Below the pieces are notes generated by a model, which ran no database searches, was not told where the DNA came from, and was given only the letters and a program-made list of their open reading frames with translations. Positions 42,945-54,800 of a stretch of 64,000 nt of DNA are shown here, in pieces. Within the stretch, counting starts at the first letter, position 1. Each line of letters opens with the position of its first letter. This DNA comes from Orbicella franksi. Its lineage: Eukaryota. The position numbers were made by a program, and so were the translations under genes. The DNA lies in NCBI GenBank assembly GCA_964199315.1, contig OZ116707.1:1364001-1428000 (forward strand), written 5' to 3'.

Positions 42945-43982
42945 GGTGGGTGAGCCAGTGTATTTTTGTGGAAAAGTGCCAGGGTGGTTGTTTTGAAATT
43001 AGCACAGTTTTCATATGTGTATGTTTCTATTCATCTGAGGAGATCTATTAAAGACGAGATCAATTGTTTGCCTTGTTTTTTTATGTGAAGTAACAATTGA
43101 CTTGTTACCCATTACACAAGCCTGTACATGGGAAGAGGGCACTGTATGGAGCAACACTGTTCCAACTCTTATGTTTTGAGAATGTATCTGGATCAAAATC
43201 ATCCTCTGAATCTGCATCAAATTCTGAATTTCTGTATTTTTATACAAAGACGGATCATCCATCGAGACGGATTATCACAAGAGTATGTGGTTCAAGATGA
43301 ACTATCACGATAATTTCTCTTGACGGATGATCTGTCTGTTTGCCCATATTTATACACAGACGAATTATTGGACAAACTATTGTTCTTTGCCCAAGTTCAT
43401 CCCAGGCAGATGATCCATCTCTAGTATAAATCCGGCCATTTATGACAAATGTCCCAAAAAATGATGGATGAAAAGCTACTCTACTCTACTCTACACCACG
43501 TTACTCTACTATACTCTACTTTACTTTGTTACTAATTCTCTACTGCTATACCGCTCTACTCAACGAAAGCTAGATAAAATAAAATTCAGGAAAACAATTT
43601 GAATTAAAAAAAAACTTAAGGAAAAATAGTGGCCCAGTATCTAGCGAGAGAGAGAAGCAATTGTGGTTTAAAGCATTTAATGTTTTTGTACTTGCTTCAA
43701 TATATCATAATAATTAATTTAACATACCTTGATTTGCTATTACAGCACTCTTTTCTAGCGTACAAGATCAGGACAGACGAACCACATCCTGTTGGTCTAG
43801 TGCAAGTTAGCTTCAAGCACTCTAGTGGACATTAAATGGAGGCCGTACAAGCATTTCAAAACGCTGCTGACAGCTACGTGTCAATTACGTCTACTTTAAA
43901 AGGAGGTGTTTTCCTCGATGAGAATGTTAGAGGCATCTTGCCCTAGGATCATCTATCTGATAAACTTAAAAGCATCAGTTTA

Positions 43983-44330
43983 ATGCCACATGATGTTGGT
44001 GGCAGTGGTGATTGTTTTTTCAAATCAGTTTCTCATCAGCTTTATGGAACTGCTGATTTACACTTTCAAATTCATTTGTCAGGAATAGGCCATTTAAATA
44101 ATCACCCAGAGTTGTGTGTTGAAAGTATTGTTGATGACACTTGGGAAAATTGTGTAAAACAAATGTCAAATGCAGGCACATGGTGTGACAATATAATTAT
44201 TCAGACAGAAGCAAACTCACACAACTGTGTCATTCATATTACTGAGTCTGATTTTAATAAACCTGATGGTACAATTATTTATCCTGCATCAAGTACATAT
44301 CATGAGAAAAAGCAAACAGTGATATTCATT
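43983..44330 (+). pseudogene. OTU cysteine protease domain fragment (Helitron/Helentron-type likely)
   Basis: DVGGSGDCFFKSVSHQLYG...MSNAGTWCDNIIIQ..AN..NCVIHITES. Confidence 0.7.
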
Positions 44331-47084
44331 GGACGCTTTTCTGTGTCACAAAAGGTTTCTCTGCTACCTTTTAAACTAAACCTGACTTGTCAACAAGTCA
44401 ATTTCCACCATACAAATGAACATAGTACATATAATTGTGTTGAAGTTGTTGAGTTATAGTTCAATGTAAACCATACAAATACTTTTGGAATTCACCCTCT
44501 GTGATAACTACTCTACTGTTCATTATTTTGTTCAAGTTGTTCAGGTCAAGTTCCAATTCACAATTAAAAGTACTTGTTAACTGCACTTTTAGACTGTGAT
44601 AATTGTCTTAACTGCTCTTCTACAATTACCATTAATAACCAATTCTGTCCTTATAACAATCTTTCAGGTATGTACAACAATTTACCATATACCCTGACAA
44701 ACTTACCACAAAACAGACTACACGTGCTACCTCACGAATGACGAACCAGAGCTAATCTAATCTAACAGTACCCTTTTCTAAAGTAGATATATGCAAATGT
44801 TCTACACAACGTATTTGTTCCTATGGCCCACCTAAATTCATTAGCTTTGCATGTACCTGTACACCTTTCCAATAGACCAGAATGTCAACCTTGCCTAAAC
44901 ACCTTTACACGAATGCACTCATAATCTATGATTACTTCTAGTACATTAACTTTTAACTAACTTCCTAAACTACAGTTAAAATTAAATTTACAGTTTTTTT
45001 TAATTTTATTAATGCAATAACTTACATTTCATTAGATACAAAAATTACCTACTACTTACAATGTTAACGTAACTTACAATGTAACGATACTAACAAAACT
45101 TACAATACTAACATTTACAATTTACAGTTTCTAACATTATTTACAATACTAACATTTACAATTTATCTTCAGTGCGGTAGCTCATGCCTGCACATTGGAC
45201 AAGTGGCATGTTACAAAGAAAAGAAAGCATCTTTAATCTTAAATACAACTCTCCCCCATATAGATATTGAATTTGCAGCCATCAGAAATTTTACCCTGTC
45301 TAGTCCTTCAACTTTTTTTCCGCTACATTCCATGAAAAAAGGCCTCTATCAGGAGTTTTAACAAAAGGTGCTGCCGCTATATCAGCGAGACAACACTTAC
45401 TGTATTGACAACAAAAGTCCAAAAAGTTTAATCAACCTTTATTTGCCACAAAGTTGAGCCTCCCCCCTTCAGTGTGCCTTATCAACACTACTTTCTTCGT
45501 ACTAATCCTCACACAGTGCCAAGGAACCTCAAACTATGTTCAAATAGTCTGTTGATTATCTGCGAAAGGGTTGTATTTCGCCTCACTTGTTTACACGAGA
45601 ATGCACCAAATCAACTGTAGCTTTCTTTCAAGATAAAAATTTAAGGCTACAAATAAAACTAGCTTAATGGCTCGTGGGTAGTCAGTCAGTCAGTTAGGAA
45701 ATGTTACAATTAAAAACTTAACTGTAACAACTCTTCCGAGTAATAATTATCTTTAAAACTTAGTTCTTTGCAATTGAAGAGATACCATGTTGAAATAAAT
45801 TGCCTGTCTGTTTGTCAATCTGCCTGTTTGTCTATTAATTACGAAAATATTATTGCATTTACCATTTTCAGCCATGTTGTAATGCAGTTCATGCGAAATA
45901 CATGGCTGCAAGGTAGTTCATTGGACAGGTCACCCTCAAAATCACTCAGACAAACTGCACAGGATAACTTAACAGCTGTAGGTAATTTAACCAGAAAATA
46001 TCAGTGAAATAGTCAAATAAAAACATCCTTCTACAGCCTTACTTTTAAAGTACGCAAATTTACCATCAAACGACAGAAAAAAACTGCTAATGTCACTAAC
46101 CGTTAGAAGTGACTACAGAAATATTGTTAGCGCAAACATACAGATCAGTGAAGGTTGATCATACACTTATTTAATGAACACAAAATGACAGGACTGTATT
46201 CACAACTCTTGAAGTTTGGAGCAAATTAGTAATAAGAAGGGGTGAAAAGAGAGAAAAGAATTGCTTCATCATCTCAGCAGACAAAGCCAAGACTCACCCA
46301 CTTTTTCCGGAGTCATTTTAACTGTTACAAGAGAGGCAATCACTTCAGGGAGAGCTGCAGGCGAACCCTTATTGCTGTCCTGGGGATAAGTGGTAAAAAA
46401 CTTAAAATACAACTACATCAGTACAAAAATTAGTCCTTGAGATCTTTCTTCTTTACTTGCCTCACGTTCGGCCAAACCCATCGAACTCATTGCAGTTGGT
46501 GGAGCCCGGGAAGTCAGTTGCTAAAAACAAGATAAAGAACTAAGGAAAGGATTGGATGATTTGTTCTGTTCAAGAGTTCTGTAATGCAGATTGAAACATG
46601 TATCACTGTTCCCCCCCTACAGCTCCTCCCTGCCAAGTCTACTCCCTATCCAGCCTTGAGATTGTCACAACTTTTAAGTTATTTATAATTTTCGCAAGGG
46701 AAATGGAGACCATATGCTGTATATTCCCCAGTTTACATTTCTTTCCCTAGCCTCCTAAAATCCACAATTTACACCCATACAAATTGGTCAGCTCCATAAA
46801 CTTTTACACTCCTAACAAGGTTATCAACTGTCCCTAACACAATGACTACAATTTCATACAGCGCCTCTTTAATCGCTAACATGTCCCCATAGGCAGACCT
46901 AGGTGAAAGTGTAGATAAAATGTAAAGATTCGAAATTAACTATTACCTGCACTCCCCCCTCGCTTTCAAAAGAAGCAATGCCCCAAAGTTAGAGGAAAAT
47001 TTCACTATTTGTGACCTTCCATAGGAAAACACGTCTTATTGAAAACAGCGTTTTTAGGGCGTTTGAAATGCCTCACAAACTGGG

Positions 47085-47347
47085 TTTGACAGCGTTTCAA
47101 ACGCTTCACAAACTCTTTTCAAACGCTTTGCAAACCCTTCGCAAACGCCTTACAAACGCTTGGAAAGCATTTCAAACGCTTTTCAAACTGTTTGCAAACA
47201 CCTGTCAAACGGTTTGCAAAGCGTGTCAAACGCTTCTCAAACCCTTTGCAAATGCTTCTCAAACCCTTTTCAAACGCTTCACAAACCCTTTGCTAACTTT
47301 TCGCAAACCCTTTTCAAATGCTTCGCAAACCCTTGGCAAACGCTTCT
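47085..47347 (+). repeat. Subterminal ~11-bp minisatellite (CAAACGCTTTG/CAAACCCTTTG variants)
   Basis: Visible tandem array just inside the left TIR. Confidence 0.85.
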
Positions 47348-48099
47348 CTTGAGCGTCGGCAGAACCAGTCCGCAAGGAATAAAACGCGCTTAGCAATGAT
47401 TAGTTTTCAATACCTTACGGTCAGTAATTAACTGTTCTTTTAACATAAGTAGCAAGATAAAAAGATTTGTATATAGTTATTCAGTATGATGGGAAAGTGC
47501 AGAAATGTATTTAGAATGCACGAGCGCGCAATGTCAGTTTGTGTTTTGGTCGCCTGTGTTTATGATTTATCAGCTGATTTGACATGAATGAAAACTTCTC
47601 GCCGGTCATACAAGCAAATGTTCACCGTAGTTTTCTCGCAGACACAAAGAGAAAGGTAAAAGATAAATTTTAAATTTTACATCTTAAATATTATTTGAGC
47701 ATTTGTCGAAATTTCGATCCAAACATTGCGCAGCGAACACAAACCGACAAGCCGAAATTTGCATAATAGCTCGACGGTCGTGATTGTTTACGCTTGACAG
47801 ATTTCGCGAATGAACCTTGTCACGAATTCGCTACATCAAACAACTGGGTGTTATTTTTAAAATGTACTACATAAATATGTTTACAAATTCAGAAATAAGC
47901 TTGTGCCTTGCTGAAATTGTCAAAAGTATGGCTGCGGCATTTACCTGGAATGTTTACTAAGCTTATCTATTGTAAACTATCCTGCATGTTCAGTTTCGAT
48001 GTTCATTGATTCGAACAACCTGAAAGGTATGATTGACACTACATGTTGCCATTCATGTAGAGTTGCAATTAATAGCTCCAATTCTTTCACTAAGACGCA

Positions 48100-49722
48100 T
48101 CAAGGTTTTGGTGAATCTGGTTTACAAAATTGTCTAATTTCCTTATACAGATAATTCTTCCTTTCTAAATCCAGGCCTAATGGTTTTATGACAGGAGGAA
48201 ACGTATAAGGTGGAAGTTTTGCTTGATCTTTTAGTAAGTCAAACTCTACTTCTTCAGAGTCGGCATAACGCTTACAGTAAACCCGCCCTGGCACGTCTTT
48301 ACTGAAGCGAAAATGATGATAGCCCTTTACTCCTGGCAATTTCTTGAAGTAGGGATCAAGAAAACTTACCCAGTTGTAAGTAGGAACTATAACTGAACCA
48401 TCATGAAGTCCACAGAGTTGTGTGACATTCACGTCTGTGACAGTCGAGTTGTCAATCATACGGGCCAACTTGAATAGGTCCGAAATAAAAGTTTTTCGGA
48501 CCGCCTGCTTAGCCAAGCCAAAACACCAGTCTGGAGAGAACTTGGTGTGACCAGCAACCAGAAATGAATACAGAATGTTCCAGTGCAAACCAACAATTAT
48601 TCTCCAGGCATAGTACCAAAGAAAATCATTGTTTTTATTTTGACCAGAACAGTTGTCTGCGTGAATGTAGGCATCTGTTTCGCCAAGCCCAAATTTCCCA
48701 AAATAGTAATGAACCAAGCTGATAGTACTGTTGGCTCCCTTACCTGTGAGAACTGACTCGTCAACTAAGAAATTTACTTGATGAGGAATCGCTTCGCAGC
48801 AGATACCAAAAATAGGACATTTCCGTGGTGTTTTGAAATAAATGGTCCCGGCTGCAAGGGATTACTTGGATGGTGGACTTGTGCATAATCGTACGAATAA
48901 TGCATCTTGCCCTTCAAAGAACAAGGAGGGTTGTTCTTTGGAACGATCCCTTTGTTTGCAGTCAGAACCTGGTGTGCAGTAGGCTCTATGGCTTCTACAG
49001 TAGTTCTGTAGAAGCTTCGCTCAATACTTGACCTAAACAAATGTTCTTCCTGAGCATGTACGACTGCTGATTTTGCGTGCTCAGGAAGATTTGCTGATTG
49101 GACAATTTGAGTGTTATTATGCTGACAAGTAAAACATAAATCACTCATTGGCTGCATGATAACTACATGTGGAGTTAGCTGATTCCAAAGTTCCACGAAC
49201 TTTGAGTACCCAGTAGGTGTTTGACTTTGTGCCTCCATTGCAGTTGAATAAACATGCCAAACAGAAGCTTTTGACATGTGAGAAGGCAAGTCCCACATCA
49301 GTACGCTTGAAGCCAGGAACACGGCCGGGCAAAACAAGCGCATGTTCTTCAGCATAGTTGCTGATGAACGTCGAAACTTGTTTAGTAGCCTCAAAAGAGC
49401 AGGTCTTTTTAGGCAGCCTACCTTTGTTTCCGTGAACACGTAAAGTAAGACCATAGGCCCTATAATGTTCACACAGATTTGAATAGCGCTCCCTACCAAC
49501 TGCATGCAAAAATAAGTACGTTTTTTTACAGATTTGGCGGCCCATGAAATAAAAGTTACAAGCAGTCCGCTTTCGCTTTCTGCCTTTAACTTCGTCCCCA
49601 TGCAAGTGGCAATGTAAATGAGAAAGAACAATTAAATCTAATTTTTTCTTACTCAACTGTAAACAGTTTGCATGGCTTTCGAGAACATCGCTGAAAGAGA
49701 ACTCTGAACTGCAATGTTGCAT
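48100..49722 (-). pseudogene. Sola-type transposase, split over three frames
   Basis: ICKKTYLFLHAVG, SDLCFTC, HYSYDYAQ, HADNCSGQNKN, FLVAGHTKFSPDWCFG. Confidence 0.75.
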
Positions 49723-52655
49723 CTTCGGCCCAAACTGACAACCGCATCCATTACTCAGAAAGTTTCTGATTGTCTGTAGCTCATCGCTGTCACTGTCTCT
49801 GAGATCAAGGCAGTTGTGTCCCAGTGAGCAATCATCTTGGCCTACAGAAGAAGTGTCATGCTCTGAGCAAGTGCTATCAGAATCTGACGAATAAGAATCG
49901 GCATCATAGTCAACTTGACCTTGTACTTCAGCTGAACTTGTCCAATGGAAGTACTTGTCAACTACTGTTTGGAGCGGTCAGACGTTAGGTGCAGTGGTTT
50001 GCTCAGTGGCAAGTCTCTTTCTCCTTTCCTCTCCCCAGCCATTCACTCGCGTGTTTTGCTCGTCTAGAAACTGCTGGTACCGTTCACTTTCACCAGTAGT
50101 CTGCGACGCATTGCTTGCAGGCGCGTTCTCTTTGTTGACAATAACATCAGAGTTGGCTGTGAAAAAAAGAGAAAGAAATTACTGAATTATCCTACCCAAC
50201 CATGATCTACGTGCAGTTATCGATCGATTAAATTTGATTATCAAACTGAAATTCAAATACAAAACTTTCTATGAGACAAATTTTTGAATTAACATCAAGA
50301 TTGATTCACAGTGTTTTCGATTGGGAAATTCAGATTTGGATTTTAAGAAAAACACGAAAACCAAAAACGGATTTTGCCGTAAGTGGAATTCACCTTGAGG
50401 AAGAGAAATTAACTTAGTGTCAATAAAAAAATACCTTTTCTCTTCTTGGGACTCCAATCTTCGCAAACAATAATATTGTAGCAGCGGTTGCTCCACTTCA
50501 GCTTTACTTCTTGTCCAGAACGCAACACTCCTCCTTCAGGCTTAATATCCTTTCTTTTGGCATTTTGCTTAACTCCATTCCACTTATCTTTCGTCACCCA
50601 CTGTATCAGAATCTGGTCGTTTTTTCCCATGTTGATCACGAATATTCGTGTTTCGAGTACAAGCATATTCTAACTGTGCACATGCAGGTTACTGGTCTAA
50701 TTTATAGTGATAGCCCACTTAAACGTTTAGCATTGTGGACAAACAGTTATTATTTTCATTCAAAAGTTGTGTGACTGCTTTTAAATTACTTTCCAATATA
50801 ATAGAAGCCAAAAAAAAATTGAATTTTTATAACATACAACAAAGCTACTTCACAAGTATGTTATTCACTCAAAAAGAGTTTGATAGAAGATTGCGTAAAC
50901 AACATCCGTAGCTATTGAAAACGAGGCCATTGTTTAATATACAATTTGTGATTTGTGTGCCATGCGTGTTACTTCATTAGGGATTTTCATAGAAAACGAA
51001 GAATGTGTGAAAGAAAACAAGGTGGGAGTGATTCAACTTCTAAACACAAGTAATCCTTTCACCACTATTTTTAAGGCGTGCGTGTGTGTTATTTAAGGAA
51101 AAAGGAAGGAACGAGTCAACCTCTTAAGAAAATGTCTTATGTTGCTAGTTTTATATTAACGGCGTTTTTTGGTTACGCATTTCCTGCTGTTTCATGTGCC
51201 GCGCGTGTCACTTCATTAGCGTTTTTCTTTTTGTGAAAGAAAACAAGGTGGGAGTGATTCAACTTGCAAACACAAGACATACATGGAGTAATCTTTCCAC
51301 TTTGTATTTTTTTCAAGTCACATGCGCATGTTTTCTTTCTCTTCTTTTTTAAAGGAAAAAGGAAAGTTGGCAACAGAAGTCAAACTAGTTTCTTGTTAGT
51401 GGAATTTTTTTGAAAATGCTTTGACTGCTGTTTTGTGCCATGCGTGTTGCTTCATTAGCGTTTATTTTTTCGTGAAAGAGAACAAAAGACGCTATTTAGC
51501 TTTGAGACACAAGCGGCATTTTCATGTCGTGCTTGTAAGCGCTTTTTGTGTATCGTGCGGTTTGCCTTATTACACATTGAACAAATGCCAACCAATCTTT
51601 TAGCATTTTGTCACGCATTGACTTTTTAAATAAAAATGAAAATTTGAAGTTCAGCATGTAATCGTTGCTTTATAGGCAAATGTTACAAACTCACGGAGAT
51701 TCTGACAAAGTTTGTTGACAGGCGTCCTGTATGGGTCCGCAAATGATCCCGGACCGGAAATGATGCCATATTGGACCGCAAACGATCCCGATCAAAAAAT
51801 AAGGAATGGCATGGATTTATATCAGAGGAAGGTGAGAACATGTACAAAAATAATGAACTAAAAAACACATTTTATCATTTTGCAAAAAACATATTCCACA
51901 GTTGCTGTTTTGTTCTTTGAAGGGTACAGATTGTTTTCACTGTCACGCAATAAAAAAAATAATAAATCCAAAACCAACCAATGGAAAAAGGTAAGAAATT
52001 GTGATGTACGCTGTAGAAGATAACTAAATAAAACACTTCCCCAAGTTTTAGGCCTGTGAGTTTCCCCAAACTTCAGATATTCGTCGCAAATGTTTCCCAG
52101 AAATTTACAGAGTCCAGTAAGAGAACGCCATGTTGGTGTACGTACATCCGTGGTACACCAATATGGCGGCCAGAATATAGTGTAAACATCTAGAACTTAC
52201 TTTGGCTTTCTAGGCGACTGATTATCAGTACTAAACAAACAAGCATTTATGTAAGCAGTTTTCCTAATGCTCTAACTTCTAAAAAGGCTCAAAATCATGA
52301 GATAAGTATATATTTTTCAACAAACTCAATCATAGCCTTGTGTCATGCCAGCTCCATAACCCTAAAATTCAAAATGCTCTGGTTTCCAAATGAAGCACGC
52401 TAATTGTAAACAGATATAAATATACTACCTCTTATGCCTGATGAGGATAAAAACATGTCACATGAAGACGATTTATTGAATTAGAAGTCTTAGAAAAACA
52501 TGTACTTGTAAACATTCTCGAAATGCCGGTGGCGATAGTATCAAACATCTATCAAACAGCTAATTGACAAAACGAAGCGCAAGCCTTGGCCTTGCGTGGT
52601 CAGAAGCTGAGCTTCATAACTATAGCTTGGAATTTTGCCTTCTTAGAATACTCAA

Positions 52656-53439
52656 CTTCACCTTGGGCTGACACCTTGCTGTGGTGGTGAAGCTTGTGTG
52701 TATTCATGACCCGGAGAGCTGTGCCGGCGGGGACTTTGTTCCCTGGCAGGTCTAACCATGCCGGATTGGTCGAAGGGTAGAGGCCAGACGAAGAACAGCC
52801 CCTGGTCCTCCAGGTTGGGGGTTGGGCGGCGGGCTGATAACCCGCTCCCAGAAAATGCTATTTATTACAGAAACCGAAGCTAGAACTACCACTGCACCCT
52901 ATCGGGAAGCAGGGGTAAAAGATGTTAACACCCGGTTGGAACAACGTGCGAAGCAGTGAATGACGCATAAACCGCCGACGAAATTGCTGTCGCCAAAAGC
53001 GTGTGTGAAGATCGGGCAATGGAATGTTAGGACAATGTTTGAGACTGGTAAGTGCGCACAGGTGATCAAGGAGATGCAGAGGTATGGTATTAGTATTCTA
53101 GGAGTAAGTGAAATGAGATGGAACTCTTGTGGGAAGTTGAGGGTAGCTACAGGCGAAACTGTGCTATACTCAGGAATGGATGAAGGTGAAAATCATGAGA
53201 GAGGAGTTGGCTTTATTGACACGTAGTCAAGAGGGCACTAGAGTGGAACCCACAGGGGAAGCGAAAGAGAGGGAGACCCCAAAACAGCTGGAGACGCACG
53301 AGAATGGCAGAGTTGGCGGCGAAACATGTTACGTGGAATGAGGCAAAAGGCACTGCACAAAATAGGGTTAGGTGGCGCGCGTTAGTTGAGGACCTATGTT
53401 CCACTTAGGAACGAAGAGGATTAAGTAAGTAAGTAAGTA
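52656..53439 (+). mobile_element. Internally deleted (bipartite) RTE-clade retroelement
   Basis: RTE-type 5'UTR; APE N-terminus (IGQWNVRTM...ILGVSEMRW...HERGVGF) joined near 53218 to the RTE 3' end (ALEWNPQGKRKRGRPKNSW); (AAGT)n tail; TSD AGAATACTCAA at 52645-52655 and 53440-53450. Confidence 0.88.
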
Positions 53440-54444
53440 AGAATACTCAAGTAGTCATTTCCAAGGAATTAAAGCCAAAATACGACCAAGTAAAAATTAC
53501 AAAATAAATTTGTTCAAATTTCCAGCACTACACACTAGATGTTTTACAGAGTGGTGAAGTGTTGTAGGCTTGTGGGTCTACTCAGGTGACAGCGTCTTCC
53601 ATAACAGTTACTTCATGGTTAGTTTAAAACTTTAGACGAGTGGCATTAATGGTTGATAAAATGTGATTTAACTATGACACCGAAATATCAAAAAGGGTAA
53701 AAACTGTTTGGCCATTTCGTGACAATGCAACTTGAAATCTGATCTTGAAGTCATTTGGGATAATACGAGAGTTCAATTGATTGGTCCACGCTGAATAAAC
53801 ATATCAAGTTCTGCACCTGTTGAAGAACTCGACTGATTCTTTGAAAGCGGAAAAATCTCATCGTGTCTTCTTTTTGTGCTGTGTTTGTGTCGGGAAAACA
53901 TCAACTCATTCTTTGCTGGAGGAAGAAAATCTTCTTCCGTGTCTGTGATTTGGAATGGAATGTGTAATGGCGGTGTGTTTGTGCCGAAAGGGTTTCGATG
54001 TTCTTGAAGAGATAATTTTAAAATGAAGGGATTTCGTGTAATACGCAGCTAGTGTAATTTTACTACCACAAGAAATGGAAGTAGTTAAGGCTTGATCATT
54101 GAGGTGAGCTTGTAACTTTAGCTAGATGATTGTCAAAATTAAGTAGATCAACACACCGAAAGTTTGATTAATATACGAATTGTTGCATGTATGAATGACC
54201 TTATTATTCAATTTTTATCGCTCCTGTCAGCCTGATTATCGTCAGGTTCTGTCTCGCTCATTAGCGAGACATTTTTAGGGCCAGAATCTCGACCGTGTCT
54301 TGCTCAGAAGTTTTGTACGGGATCACTATTAGAAGCAAACGACCGATTATCAAAACCACCGAAGCTGAATAAAAACGCTCCGAATGGTTTAATGTACTGA
54401 GGTTTTATGAAAATTATAACTAAGATGGCTTTTATTAGCATACA

Positions 54445-54800
54445 AACCCTTAGGCAAACGATTTCAAACTCTTTGCAAACCCTTCGCAAAGCCCATGCAC
54501 ACGCTTTGCAAACCCTTTGCAAACTCTTTTCAAACCCTTTGCAAACTCTTTTCAAACGCTTTACAAACTCCTTTCAAAAGGTTTAGAAACTCCTTTCAAA
54601 CGCTTTACAAACTCCCTTAAAGCGCTTTCAAACGCTTTACAAACTCCTTCCAAACTCTTTCAAACGCTTTACAAACCCTTTTAAAAGCGTTTCAAACTTT
54701 TTCCAAACCCTTTGCAAATGCTTTGCAAACCCTTTGCAAACGCCTTGCAAATGCTTTGCAAACCCTTTGCAAACGCCTTGCAAACGCCATTTGAGGGCGT
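54445..54800 (+). repeat. Subterminal ~11-bp minisatellite of the same family
   Basis: Visible tandem array just inside the right TIR, same strand orientation as the left array. Confidence 0.85.

Noticed and set aside
46600-46960. Possible DIRS RNase H remnant on the minus strand
   Set aside because: Only vague similarity with multiple stops; unsupported.
47011-47393. ORFs with FQTL/KRF periodicity (also 54304-54863)
   Set aside because: Translations of the 11-bp minisatellite, not genes.
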